DNA of 64,000 bases from NCBI GenBank assembly GCA_964276515.1, contig OZ193909.1, positions 13,516,001 to 13,580,000 of the forward strand, written 5' to 3'. This stretch comes from Gordius albopunctatus (lineage: Eukaryota). Within the stretch, counting starts at the first letter, position 1; every line of letters begins with the position of its first letter. This document shows positions 13,901 to 25,291 of the stretch, in pieces. A model generated the notes under the pieces. It did not search any database, was not told the DNA's origin, and saw only the letters and a program-made list of their open reading frames with translations. A program made the position numbers and the translations under genes.

Positions 13901-16900
13901 AAATGAGTCAACTTTTAAATTTTACAAAGCCATTTTTCTGACATGTTGATCAACCATGCGGCAGCTTAGGTTCATTTACAATTTTGCCGTCCATGCTGAG
14001 TAAATAAAACTTGAAGCTTATTGCATTGGTATGATCATATAATTGATTTTTTAACTAATGACCTCATTCCCCTACCGATCATAATGAAATTTAAATCATT
14101 TAAAACGAGAAATGTTACGCAAAAAAGTTGTTTTAGCATTACTACTTTTACTAAGTCAAAGGGGAAAACAAACGCGAAAGTTGATTAGGCAAGTTAAAAT
14201 TCCGAAAGGAAAACTTTTGTCTGGTAAAACGCTTAGTGGTAAGTCAAGGGGCCATAGACTCTCTGTATCTGTTTCTGTATATTAGCTTGGCAAACTAAAT
14301 TCATGAATGTAGAGTTAGTTAAGGGTTTATTGAACCGCTTAATCGATCTTTAAGTTGAAATCCCCAAATTTGGGGCAAGTATTTCATAGGCTTTGTAAAA
14401 ATTAATAACATAACAAATTCATTATGGATTCTAATCTTATAATTTTCTACGCGGTCGTAAATAAATCTTATAAGGAGATAATAAATTATATATGTGCCTT
14501 ATTGTAACGAGCTACTAAAAAATGGTATATTGGAATTAATTTGAAGGGGTAATTTAAAGTCTTGTTTGTAAAACTCTACCATGAATTTTTTTACATTTTT
14601 GATAAAAGGTTTCCTTAATTATTTTAGTTTTGCTGTTGCTTTATAAAATAAAATACTTGGTGATTTCTGAGGAGACAGATTGGGTTAATATTACATATTC
14701 ATTAGGTCGTTTCTGATTAAATTTTTGAAATAAATTGAGGGTTAAGTGGGGTTTGGTTTGAGAGTAAAAAAATTTAGGTCGAATTCAGGTGAAAAGAATC
14801 GACTTTGCAACAAGATCTGACGTAAACATTAAAAAATTCTCCGAACCACAACGTCTAATTTGCAAATTAACAATTTGGATAACTATAAAATACTTATTCG
14901 CGTTAAATTTTACTAATATTTTACTTATTATGGTTTTTCGTCTCGTAAAATATGGATGCAAGGTTTATAATATTGGGAGTTTTTGATTTATTGCGATTTG
15001 AAACGTTCCTTCAATTTGTTTAAAAGATCCCTTTTATGGACAAAAATAAAACTTTTTCTAAGTTTTAAATATGTCCATATGGTCAGGTCAGCAACTATCA
15101 TAAATAAAATTTATATGTGAAAACGTTTATAACTTGAATTTATTTTAGATTTGGAACCCTACACACCATACGATATACGAGTCAAAGGTATGAACAGTTT
15201 AGGGGCTGGAAGAGGCCCTGCCTTAATAGTAGCCGGTTATTCGGGGGAAGACGGTACAACAAATTTATTATATACTTTATTAAGATTTTGAAAAGTATAA
15301 TTTTCTAAGCAAGGTTTTTAATCGATGTTTCCATTTTTTAGTACCAACGGTAAAACCGACTAATCTAAGGTTGGAACAAGTCATCGATGGCAACAGAGCT
15401 ACTATTGCTTGGGATCCTGTCCCCCTCGAAGGCATGAAAGGCCCATTAGTTGGCTACAAGGTATCTTTAGCAATATTAACATAAAAAATTGCAAATTTTA
15501 CGGCATTTTTTTATAATCTTAGTGATCTTGACCCCTGAATAATTGATAATTTAATCTAAAATACAAGAAAATCAAAAAGGCCCATATTCAAACTGAATGT
15601 TAAAATTTATTATTATAAGTCTTAAAGAACCAGCACTAAATTCAAATTCAAGTTTTTTATGTCCAATTCATCGTGATATAAATTTTGATATAAGGTTCGA
15701 ATATATAACGACGTCGATGGTCTGGAAAACGTTACAGAAATCAAAGTTCCCATGAATATACCCCGTGCCACTATAGATAAATTGCGGCCAATGTCAGAAA
15801 ATAGAGTAACTATAGCCGCATCCAATAACAAGTTTGATGGGCCTGAAAGCGATGAATTACTCATATCTACACCAGAAGCTGGTTAAATTTTGATCTATTT
15901 TTCGTCCTTCCATGGTTATTTATCTATCTATCAAAATGGATTATTTTAAATTTTATATAATAATAACAAATGACCGCCACTTTAATTAAATTTTAGTTCC
16001 CGGCAAGCCTATGCAATTACAAGGCATACCTTTGGGTATCAATACCGCTCGGGTTGTGTGGAAAGCACCGAAAAATCCGAATGGAAAAATTCTTGGTTAC
16101 CGAATAATGCAATTTCCAAGTACACATCTCATCTTCTTATTTCCCGTTTGATAAAAAATTTTGATTTACCTTATTTTTTCCCATTTTACTTTTAAATATA
16201 AGTCGACGAAAGTAACAATCCATTGGCCCCCGAGCGCGAGGCAGAAGCCATCCGCGACCCTAACCAAAATGAAGCCTTCATGATTAGTTAGCCAAAATTC
16301 ATACATTTTATAATTTATCGTCTTTATTATTTTTAACATTAATACTATAAATTGACGAGTATTTTGTATTTATTCAATATTTCCAATTAGTAAATATTTA
16401 TTAATTATTGGCTGGCAGATTACTTATATCATTCACTAGTGTATGGTATGATTTTAAAATGTTAGATTTAACACCTGGAACACGATATAACGTTTCTGTG
16501 CGAGCTGCAACGGCTGCAGGTTATGGAGACCCAGCCAGTGTTGTCATGGCAACAACCCGCGAGGGCGGTAATATTTCAATATTTTACTACGCTCTTCATT
16601 AAATTAAAAGAGTAGTTAATTTTTTAGAATATATCTATTAATATAGCACTCAGCATCAGTAAATTTAGATTAGAATAGTGTGACTATTGTAGGCATCTTA
16701 CATATTTTATAAATTAGTAAAGATATTAAAATTTATTATTATGTCATCATATCTTTAAAGCGTTTTTTTATCAATCAATATTTAGTTCCGGATAAGCCCG
16801 AATTCGAGGTTCACGTAGTGGATGGGGGATTCAATGTTTCTCAAAAGGCAACAGCTAACCCCGGAGCATTCTTTTACGTCATTTACAAAAAAGAAGGTAT

Positions 16901-18599
16901 ATGGTTAAATCTTATTTCCATTAAATTGTTTCTACTATAACAGTATTCATATCAAAATGTTATTTTTACGCTTGTTTTAAAAATTCTTTATTGGCTTAAA
17001 ACTTTTGCACATCCTATATAAATCAACCCTAAACTTTGACAGAGCTAATACTGAATTGTGAAATTACGAATATGAAAATTTTAGTATATTATGCGATAAA
17101 AACCACGTTTTAACATTAGTTGTAATTTAAAACATGATATAGGGGAGACCCCCTGGTTAGAATAGCCATAAATAGTTAAATTGCGATTTAAGAAAATTAA
17201 ATATTGTTTATTTTTGTTGGAATATCTTTTTTAGGTCAATTTATACAATGAAAAAATTTGAGGAAAAATTTAATTTTTTTTATAAATTATGTTTAAAAAA
17301 ACAAGAATCCTAAAAAAATTTCCGCCCTTAATTTGCAATTTGGCTATAATATAATTTATTTAAATATAGGGGGAGAATGGGTTGCTACTACCATGGTTCC
17401 TGCTTTGAACTGGAAACTGATCAAGAATGTCAGCGAAAACACGAATTACGAAATTAAAGTGATCGCCGTCAATGAAAATGATTCCGCTACAAGTGATTCA
17501 CAAACCGTCATGCTACCTCTTGAAAGTAAAGGAAATGAATGATCAAAATGAATTATTAATTCATACCAAATTTGTGGATTAGCAATTTATAACAATTGCA
17601 CCAACCAAATAACGACTTATATTGAGTTTCATATGTTTCTAAATTATTAATAAGGTAAATTCAGAATTAAACTTTAACCTGGTATATAGCAAATAAAAAA
17701 TGATGTGAATTTAAATGTTCCATTTATCTGTCTTATTGTGCTTATTGCTTGATTCTTTACAGGGGCTCCAAATAGGCCCACTGACGTAGTGTTAGAAAGG
17801 TGCGATCCCAAAGAAACTAGAATATCTTGGGACATAAAACCTATAGAACATGCACCCACGACACACTTTGTCATCGAACACGAAGACAATCGCAACGGAG
17901 AATGGAAGGTTTTAGAAGGTTTGTTATTCCTTTTACATTAATAATTCCAAGGCTTATTTAAATCTTTTAGATAATGTTTTGTCCAGAAGCTTATTTTAAC
18001 CATTAACTCATCTAGCCATGGGCGTAGTCAGGAGAGGCGGGGGGGGGGCGACTGCCCCCTCTAAATCCAAAAATTCTTCGAAATTCATTAAAATTATGGC
18101 CAAAATTCAAAAAAGTATCATTTTGCTCCTCCCTAAATCATTATTGCTCCCTCTAATTCGAATGCTGGCTACGCCCATGCATCAAGCTTACCTCAAAGTT
18201 TTTGTTAGCTACGATGTTATATAAGTGCGGAAAATTCCGAATTCCATTAAACCGACATAGAAATATTTCTAAATATTATTAATGCTCATTTTGTAATGTT
18301 CAATAACAGGTAAAGTGCCTGGGGACAAAGACGAGTTTACAATTACCGATTTGGCCGAGGGTATCCACAAATTCAGAGTCATAGCAGGCAATAGGAATGG
18401 CGATAGTGGAGCTAGTGATGCTACGGAGGAGTGTGAGATAATTAAACATCCCCAGGAAGGGGAGGAGGGTGAACACGAAGGACACGGTGGAGATGAGGCT
18501 AAAGTCGCTGGAAAATCGAGTGCTATCAAATGGAACGCTAGGTTTAGTCAATTGTGTTTGGTAATAAGCCTTTTGACCCCCGTCATTTTTGTTCGCTAA
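4937..18599 (+). CDS. Neuroglian/L1CAM-like fibronectin type-III repeat protein (signal peptide + 6 FN3 + predicted GPI signal; no Ig domains), 14 exons, ~692-722 aa
   Basis: Exons joined by GT-AG introns with consistent phase: 4937(or 5027)-5129, 10558-10758, 12005-12219, 13002-13128, 15149-15253, 15342-15460, 15695-15881, 15997-16119, 16203-16286, 16466-16567, 16786-16896, 17370-17525, 17763-17918, 18310-18599. Neuroglian-type motifs: CNTPADVPDHHPLNVVGKGTEPNNMKISWEAMKPEEHNGPGFYY, LEPYTPYDIRV, GYSGEDVP, WKAPKNPNGKILGY, LTPGTRYNVSVRAATAAGYG. N-terminal hydrophobic KQLLFALIFSYSLFTHTIVQC; C-terminal GKSSA...LCLVISLLTPVIFVR-stop. Confidence 0.85.
5998..6163. mobile_element. hAT-type MITE (CATGGGCGTAGCC family)
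   Basis: CATGGGCGTAGCCAG ... GGCTACGAGGCCCAT termini and family-typical interior; lies in intron 1 of the FN3 gene. Confidence 0.7.
8049..8195. mobile_element. hAT-type MITE (CATGGGCGTAGCC family), diverged copy
   Basis: CATGGGTGTAGCCAGG ... TTGGCTACGGCACG termini; interior similar to 18017-18179. Confidence 0.6.
8331..8960. mobile_element. Degenerate CGGGC/GCCCG-rich hAT-like non-autonomous element
   Basis: Starts TAGAGCCCCGCA, the complement of the GCAGGGCTCTA end seen near 25606-25616; repeated TCGGGC motifs. Related remnants at ~19290-19370, 20410-20760, 24125-25616 and 26320-26550. Boundaries approximate. Confidence 0.45.
9716..10422 (+). mobile_element. Non-autonomous hAT element retaining the transposase C-terminal (dimerisation) remnant
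   Basis: Termini TAGTGCTG ... AGCACTG; subterminal GAACGCGTTC palindromic repeats; imperfect 8-bp TSD CTATTTAA/CTATTTTG; ORF 9936-10247 contains FPPLKNLFIKYNTPILSSAPVERVFS. Confidence 0.85.
18017..18179. mobile_element. hAT-type MITE (CATGGGCGTAGCC family)
   Basis: TIR CATGGGCGTAG ... CTACGCCCATG; TSD CATCTAGC/CATCAAGC; lies in the last intron of the FN3 gene. Confidence 0.8.
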
Positions 18600-21105
18600 A
18601 CAAACGATCCATTCGCCTTAATGGCAATTAGTTCAATTGAGTCAGGATACACCTATACAATTCATCAACGAATAAGGAGCGGAAAATTTGTTACGCAATC
18701 ATTTTTTCTTATCGAATAATCCATCTTATAAGTACACCTTTTTAACCTCTAAATTGCAGTTGCCTCATACCTTGGATTAACGTTGCAGTTTATAATTACG
18801 AAAATCATTATGGCCCTTAAAATGCATCTAAACAATCGATTAATTTCCTCCCCAATCCCAACTTTATATGCAATATGTGCCTTAGCGCGATAAAAACGTT
18901 TTTTCAAGACTTCAGATATTTTCCATAATTTTGTTGATAGTTGGTAAAGAAATTGTGTTCGTGTGTTATTTTACTATTTGACTCTGTAAATTTATGAATT
19001 ATACATATCATTGTCATTATTTTCTATAAAAATACCCATTTCAATCGTGCGCATTTTTACTCGATTCTAGAGTGTTGAATTATAAATTTCGTTAAAATTA
19101 AAATCCCTACCCCTCCCATCCCCGAATTTCGTTTTACCATGTAACCTCCTATCTTTAAAATAATATAATTTATATTAACTTTACATACGATGAGTGTACG
19201 ATGTGTAAAGAAATGACACTTTGTTACTTGGAAAGGCTTTACATTTATTTAGTAGGTCTACTTTAAAAAATTTCATAAATTCGTTTGAGCAGGCTCGGCT
19301 AGCAGGCGGGCGCGGATGAGTTTTAAAACCTGAACCTTTTAATGGTCCAGGCTCAGGCGAGTAGGACAATTATAAAAAGGGGCTCTTACAAGCTTACAAT
19401 TTTTTTCACATAAATTATAAATCCGCCACGAATATAAAATTGATGGCTTTTTAACATTTTGCTAGTTTTTTGAGTAAAGCTATATATAGATGTTTAAAGA
19501 TCTTTAAATCATAATTGCCATGCAAAAAATGATGGTCAAACCATCCTATTCCTGATAAGCAATAAACATAAAACTTGTGGAGCTTTTTTTAGATAAAAAA
19601 ATAGCCCTATAAATTTATTTAATAAATGAGAAGCTGGGAAAACTAAAAAATATTAAGAGAATCTTTTGAGATATTCAAAAAATTAATTATATTTGGAATT
19701 ACGATTTAAAAATTCAAAATAATGTTTGTAACTGATCAAGATGCTCCATTTTTCATTTTCATGTATTCTTTATGTAAAATTACTATGGTTTATACCAAAT
19801 TTTTAGAATTTTGATCTATTAAAAAACATATTATGTCTAAATTGCCTGATAGTGCGTGATAATGAGAGAAAGCGAGATTTTCATTATTAAATCTTATTAT
19901 CGACAAATAAATTTAAAATAAGTCTATGAAATCTACTAGGGGAGGGTAACAGGGTTCTGAGCCAGGACCTTGGTTTGGGAGCCCATCGGTTACCCCAACC
20001 ACTGTCTTTTAAATAACGCATGGTGCTAATGGACGTGAAATTTTGCTTGAAAAATGCTGGTTTATAGTTTTGACGCTATTCAAATAGCTGTAGGAATGGC
20101 GAAATGTTTTCCATTGAAAAGGAGATTAATTAATTTTAAATCCAATTTTAATAATAAGTTTCAAATGAAAATAATAATGAAGAAAGATTAGATGTATAAT
20201 AATAAATGAAGGTTTTAAAAATATGTTAAAAATAGGGTTTTCGATTTAAAAATCTTTAAAAAATCCGAATTCTATGAGAAATAATGATATTTATAGGACT
20301 CTTGATGCGCTGATGGAAATAATTTGAAATTTAATTATAGATGAAAAGCTATCAAAGACTAATTATACAAAAATTTGTTGTGCCCAGAGGTAAGATTTGT
20401 TAGAATTTTTCTGCCCGAACCCGGCCCGATTTTATAATTAATCTGCCCACCCGAGCCCGCCCGAACCCTTCTATGTGTCCGCCTGGCAATGCCCGAATCA
20501 TCAGAGCTGCTCGAACTTCCCGGCCCGAAATGGTGTGTTTTAAAATTTTTAGCGCTAATATCGTTAGATTTTTTAACAATTTTATCTTAATTTTGGATTT
20601 TTTTTAATGAGAACTAAAATTAACAAAAATAATGAAATCAATTAAAAAAGTGGCAAAATATACACAAAAGCAATATAATACATTACTTTAAAAACGAAAT
20701 TGAGCCCGAATTTCCCGAATCTTGTTATGGTGGGGAGCGGGCCGGGCCGGGCAAATCTGGTCTCTGGTTGCGCTGATAGAAATAATTTTAATTTTTGATG
20801 AAAAGCGACCTAAGACGAATTGTACAAAAATTTCCGGACTTAGTGCATGTGTCAAAATGAGAGGAAATTAAATTCTTAATTATTTCCTTACTATCTCAAA
20901 AAATAGTGGAGGAAGATACTAGTACAGACCAAATTATTATTAATTGAGTTTGAGGTAATTAATAATTTAATTTTTTAAAGTGTTTAAAATGCTTATTTAC
21001 CCTTTAAAACTCCGTGTTTTTTAAAATTAGGAGTGTTAATACTATGATAGAAGAACATAACAATAAATACTTAACGTAAATAATAAGTTTTCAAAGGGTT
21101 TGCAC

Positions 21106-23854
21106 TACGCCTCTGGATTTCGAATCGAGTCGAATATTTTTGATATTCGATTCGGATTCGATTTTTTTTCAAAAAAATATTCGATTCGAGATTCGTCGAA
21201 TATTAAAATTAAGATTCAAATTCGATTCGAAAAAAATTTAAGGATTCGAATTCGATTCGAATATATATCAACATTTTTTAAATTAAAATTTAAATTCAAA
21301 AAAGACTAACTGTGATTTTTATTGCATATATATTTAAAAAATTTATTCAAAAATCTTTAAGAGTACACACATTGAAAATAAAAAGATAAAAGGCGAAAAA
21401 AAGATTAAAGCGATATGAGTAAAACAATCAACAAATGTTTTTTAGCCAATTTTTAAGACAAATTATTTTCCTAACACTTTCTTCCTTAAAGGATTGCTTG
21501 TGTTTCGTCAATAAATTTGTACCAGTTGAGAATATTCTTTCGCAGGGGGTAGATGATCCTGGTATGGAAAGAAGATTTTTTGCAATTTTTTGGATGGCTG
21601 GAAAACGACGTTGATTCGATTTCAACCATTGTAAAGGCTCAACATTGGAGCCCACCCGTGGTTCGTTTAAATATGTCTCCAATGGAGACTTCGCGTTCAT
21701 ATAACTTTTAAATAGACGATCGAGGGCTGATACCTCGCTAGTTGGGACAAAATCAAGCTGACTTCCTATAGCAGCTTCCAAAGTCATCTTTAATTTCGCT
21801 ATAAGATATGTTGTGTATTGGTGATAAACACTCAAAATATTGAATTTTGAGTCTTGGATCGACGACACTCGCTAATAAGGCTATTTTCTTATTAAATGCC
21901 ATATATTTTTCAATTTTCTGCTTAGCCATTTTAACAGCATGATCTTCTACGGTGGCCAAAGTTTCTATAAGTTGGTAATATACGGGTAATACTAAATTCA
22001 TCGTGGGATATTGCTCTCCGGATATTAAATTAGTGGCACTGTAAAAGGGAAAAAGTAGGAATTTACGCCTTTCAATTTCTTCCCATTCAACGTTGGATAA
22101 TAATTCCTCTTTGTAGAATTTAAAGGCTAAATCGTCCAATGCCTGCCTCATTAAAATAGCCTTTTCAATCATTATGTAGGTGCTATTCCACCTGACTGCC
22201 ATGTCGAGTTTCACCTTTATGTAATTGATAGGCGGGTCAAATTCTTTACAAATAGCCCTTAGTCGTGATATATTTTTGGGATGTCTGGCTATTTTTATCA
22301 AGGTCCTTAATTTAATTAAATTACGATCTACATTCTCCATAACCTGTTTAGCTGCTAGGTTTATGATGTGTCCCATACAGCGAACACCCACAATATTTAA
22401 CGAGGGGTATTTACTTGAGAGGACCTCAATAAATGAAACATTATTCCTGGCATTATCTAAGGTAATTGAAAAATCGTTCAAGCTGATGCCATTATTGTTT
22501 AATATTGTTAGAAAAACATCACATATGTTTTCTCCTGAATCTTTATCAATAAATGGATGGCAATCTACTAAAATATTTTCTAGCTCCCATTTATCATTAA
22601 TAAAATGACATGTTAATGCTAGGAATGGGACACCAATGGGAGATGACCATATGTCAATGGTGTAATTCAATTGTGAACAAACTTGTGATAATTTTAATTT
22701 AATTTGTTTTGATGTTTCTATATAGACTTCGTCTAAATATTTTTTCATTATATCTGATGTATACATCTGCATAGTTGTACTTCTAGCCAATTGAAATTTT
22801 TTGAAATTTAAGCTGTTTAAGGCTTTGAATGATATATTACATTCTACCATCCATTTTAACAAATAATGCTTATCATCATATTTAGGATTTAAATATTTTT
22901 GAATATTTTCATTTTCATCTTTAAGGGGCCTTGTATGGAAACTTTTATAGTGCTTATTTAAAGCTGAAGTCGTTCCTGATTTGTTGTATACGAAGACTTT
23001 AAAGCAATGGTTGCAAGTTGCTTTAATAATTGATTTGTCATGGGTGAAATGGTCCCATATTATAGATTTTTTTCTTTTTATCTCTTCAACATCAAAATTA
23101 TCTAAATTTAACTAACAATATAAATAGGAATTAAAAAATATGTTAAAATATTATAGAAAAGTAGGGGAGACTAAAGCTATATCTTTACCGAGATCATACA
23201 TGCCCTCATAAATAATTCACTTTTGGCCAAAAGAATCAATGGCCAAAATTCTAATTCTAATAGTGAGATGTTTAAATGTATATTTGGGAATAAATAATTT
23301 AGATTTTTCTACCAATATTAAAATAATTATTGATTGAAACAAATAAAAATAAGCATCAAGAGTTCTAATATATATTATATACATTTATAGTATAAGGATT
23401 AATTTATAAATTAAATGCAAATTAATACTATTGCCCAATTACAATATAGAAAATGAGGATCCTAACCTTGTTTTTACACTATTTTCATGTTAATAATTAA
23501 CCTAAATAAATAAAGTATTCATAAATGTTTTATAACAGTATATTGTTACAAAAATCTTTTTAAATATAAATATATTTGTTATTATAAACTTACCAAAATT
23601 AGAATTAGAAGACATCTCTAAATATATTAAAGTTTAAAATATTTAAATTTAGCGTATCAAGCAGGAAAATAACTAAAATGCTGTACGAAAAAACAACTGA
23701 ATAGTTGCGTCCGCTTCTGTATTTAAATTTAAAAAATCAAATTTATGATTTTTTAAGGATTCGATTCGGATTTTCGAATCTTAGCAATTAAATATTCGAT
23801 TCGAAATTTCGAATCGAATCTCGAATCGAATCTTGAATATTTCCCAGAGGCGTA
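21106..23854 (-). mobile_element. Full-length hAT (Ac-like) DNA transposon
   Basis: 11-bp TIR TACGCCTCTGG/CCAGAGGCGTA; perfect 8-bp TSD GTTTGCAC (21098-21105, 23855-23862); arrays of ATTCGA/TCGAAT subterminal repeats at both ends; internal transposase. Confidence 0.95.
21428..23615 (-). pseudogene. hAT transposase (BED zinc finger, DDE catalytic domain, dimerisation domain) with one frameshift
   Basis: Putative exon 1 at 23594-23615 (MSSNSNF, GTAAG donor); exon 2 from 23101. BED finger WDHF..ATCNHC..GTTSALNKHYKSFH; then TIDIW, ITLDNA, RCMGH, VRWNST. The frame changes near 21760-21840 into the ORF containing LLSIPGSSTPCERIFS. Confidence 0.88.
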
Positions 23855-24334
23855 GTTTGCACGCTTCATTTATGTATGCTTCATTATATTAAACTTGCCA
23901 TAAATCTTTTTTCTTTAGAAACTGACTGTTTTTTACACAATAGAGAAACTTGATTATCTAATTCAATCAATAATTAATATTCATCGTTTATTTATTTTGA
24001 CACAACTTTATTCTGGCAAATTGGCAGGAAAAAAATAAAATTTAAAATAGTTTGGAAAAATGGAAATTATGACGAATGCGCTTGCAACCTTGAATTTCAC
24101 TTCAAAGGTTCAAATTAAAGGCATCACGGCCAGGCACGCTGATTGCCTAAAAGCTGGACCCGCGGACCGCCCATGGATGGTTTTTTTGTCAAAATGGGTC
24201 GGGCTTAAATGTGCCCAAGAGCTCGGGTCGGGCCTAAGAATGAGTAATGCCCGGCTCCGGCCAACTAAATCATTTAAATATTGTTTTTATATTTGTATTT
24301 TCTCCACTTTTTTTAAAAAAATTGTTATACAAAA

Positions 24335-25291
24335 AATACTCGGGCCTTCGGCCCTCGTGGGAAGGGGAGGAGGGGAAGGGAAGGAGGGGAAGGGAAGGAG
24401 GAACGAAACTCATCTATACTTCGTATAAAAGTAACATATTTGCTATGCAATTTATGGGCGAGAAAGGTGGGAAGTAGTGAGAATGCCTTTAGGGTTAGGG
24501 GGGGGGGTCTAAAATGCAAAATGATTAGTTAATTATTTATACAAATTTTCCATTTAATTTAAAAAAATTTGTCCTTTCCGGGTATCGAACCAGCAATTAA
24601 GAATTTGCCCTCGCCGGGATTCGAACCCACATTAGTAGAGGCATAGGCTTTTGTGGGGGGGGGGGCACAAGAACCTATATCAGTAGAGGCATAGGCCCTT
24701 CTAGGGGAGGGCATAGGGTAATTATCAATGTTAGCCATAAAAACGAAAAAAAATTCGATACACAATTTGGGCAATGGTCATTTTTTCATTGGTCAGTAGC
24801 CAGGACACGGTCAAAGAGTCATATTATGAATGGTATTAACAAGAACAATATATTAATTTAATTCAAAAAAATAAAAAATTTTGTCCTCTCCGGGTATCGA
24901 ACCAGCAATTAATAATTTGCTCTCGCCTGGATTGGAACCCACATTAGTAGAGGCATAAACCTTTTTAGGGGAGGGGGGCACAGGGACCCATATCAGTAGA
25001 GGCATAGGCCCTTCTAGGGGAGAGCATAGGGTAATTATCAATGTTAGCCAAAAAAACGAAAAAAAATTTCGATTCACAACTTGGCCAATGGTCATTTTTT
25101 TCAATGGTCAGTAGCCAGAACACGGTCAAAAACTCATATTATCAATGGTATTAACAAGAACAAAATATTAATTTAATTAAAAAAATTTTTTGTCCTCTCC
25201 AGGTATCGAACCAGCAAGTCAGAAAGTTGAAAGGAAGGACAACGGACGGACGAACACCAAAAAGCGAGCCCATAAATTGCATAGCAATTAA
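24335..25291 (-). mobile_element. Helentron-associated non-autonomous element (HINE / DINE-1-like)
   Basis: Perfect 20-bp asymmetric subterminal inverted repeat TTGCTATGCAATTTATGGGC (24440-24459) / 25268-25287; GTCC microsatellite next to the 5' end; central tandem repeats; 3' hairpin GGGCC-TTC-GGCCC (24342-24354); A/T-run flanks and no TSD. Confidence 0.7.
24560..25216. repeat. Tandem repeat, ~310-bp unit, ~2.1 copies, with tRNA B-box-like motifs
   Basis: TTTGTCCT.TCC.GGTATCGAACCAGCAA recurs with its first G at 24571, 24883 and 25192; the minus strand carries GGTTCGAATCCC and GGTTCGATACCC. Confidence 0.9.

Noticed and set aside
21100..21309. CRISPR-like or coding interpretation of the ATTCGA repeat cluster
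   Set aside because: These are subterminal repeats of the hAT element, with no unique spacers; the context is eukaryotic and the ORF is a by-product of the repeats.
22225..22608. 127-aa plus-strand ORF
   Set aside because: Antisense shadow of the hAT transposase.
24560..25216. tRNA genes suggested by GGTTCGAATCCC motifs
   Set aside because: No cloverleaf, D-arm or convincing A box could be folded; the motifs are embedded in a TE tandem repeat.
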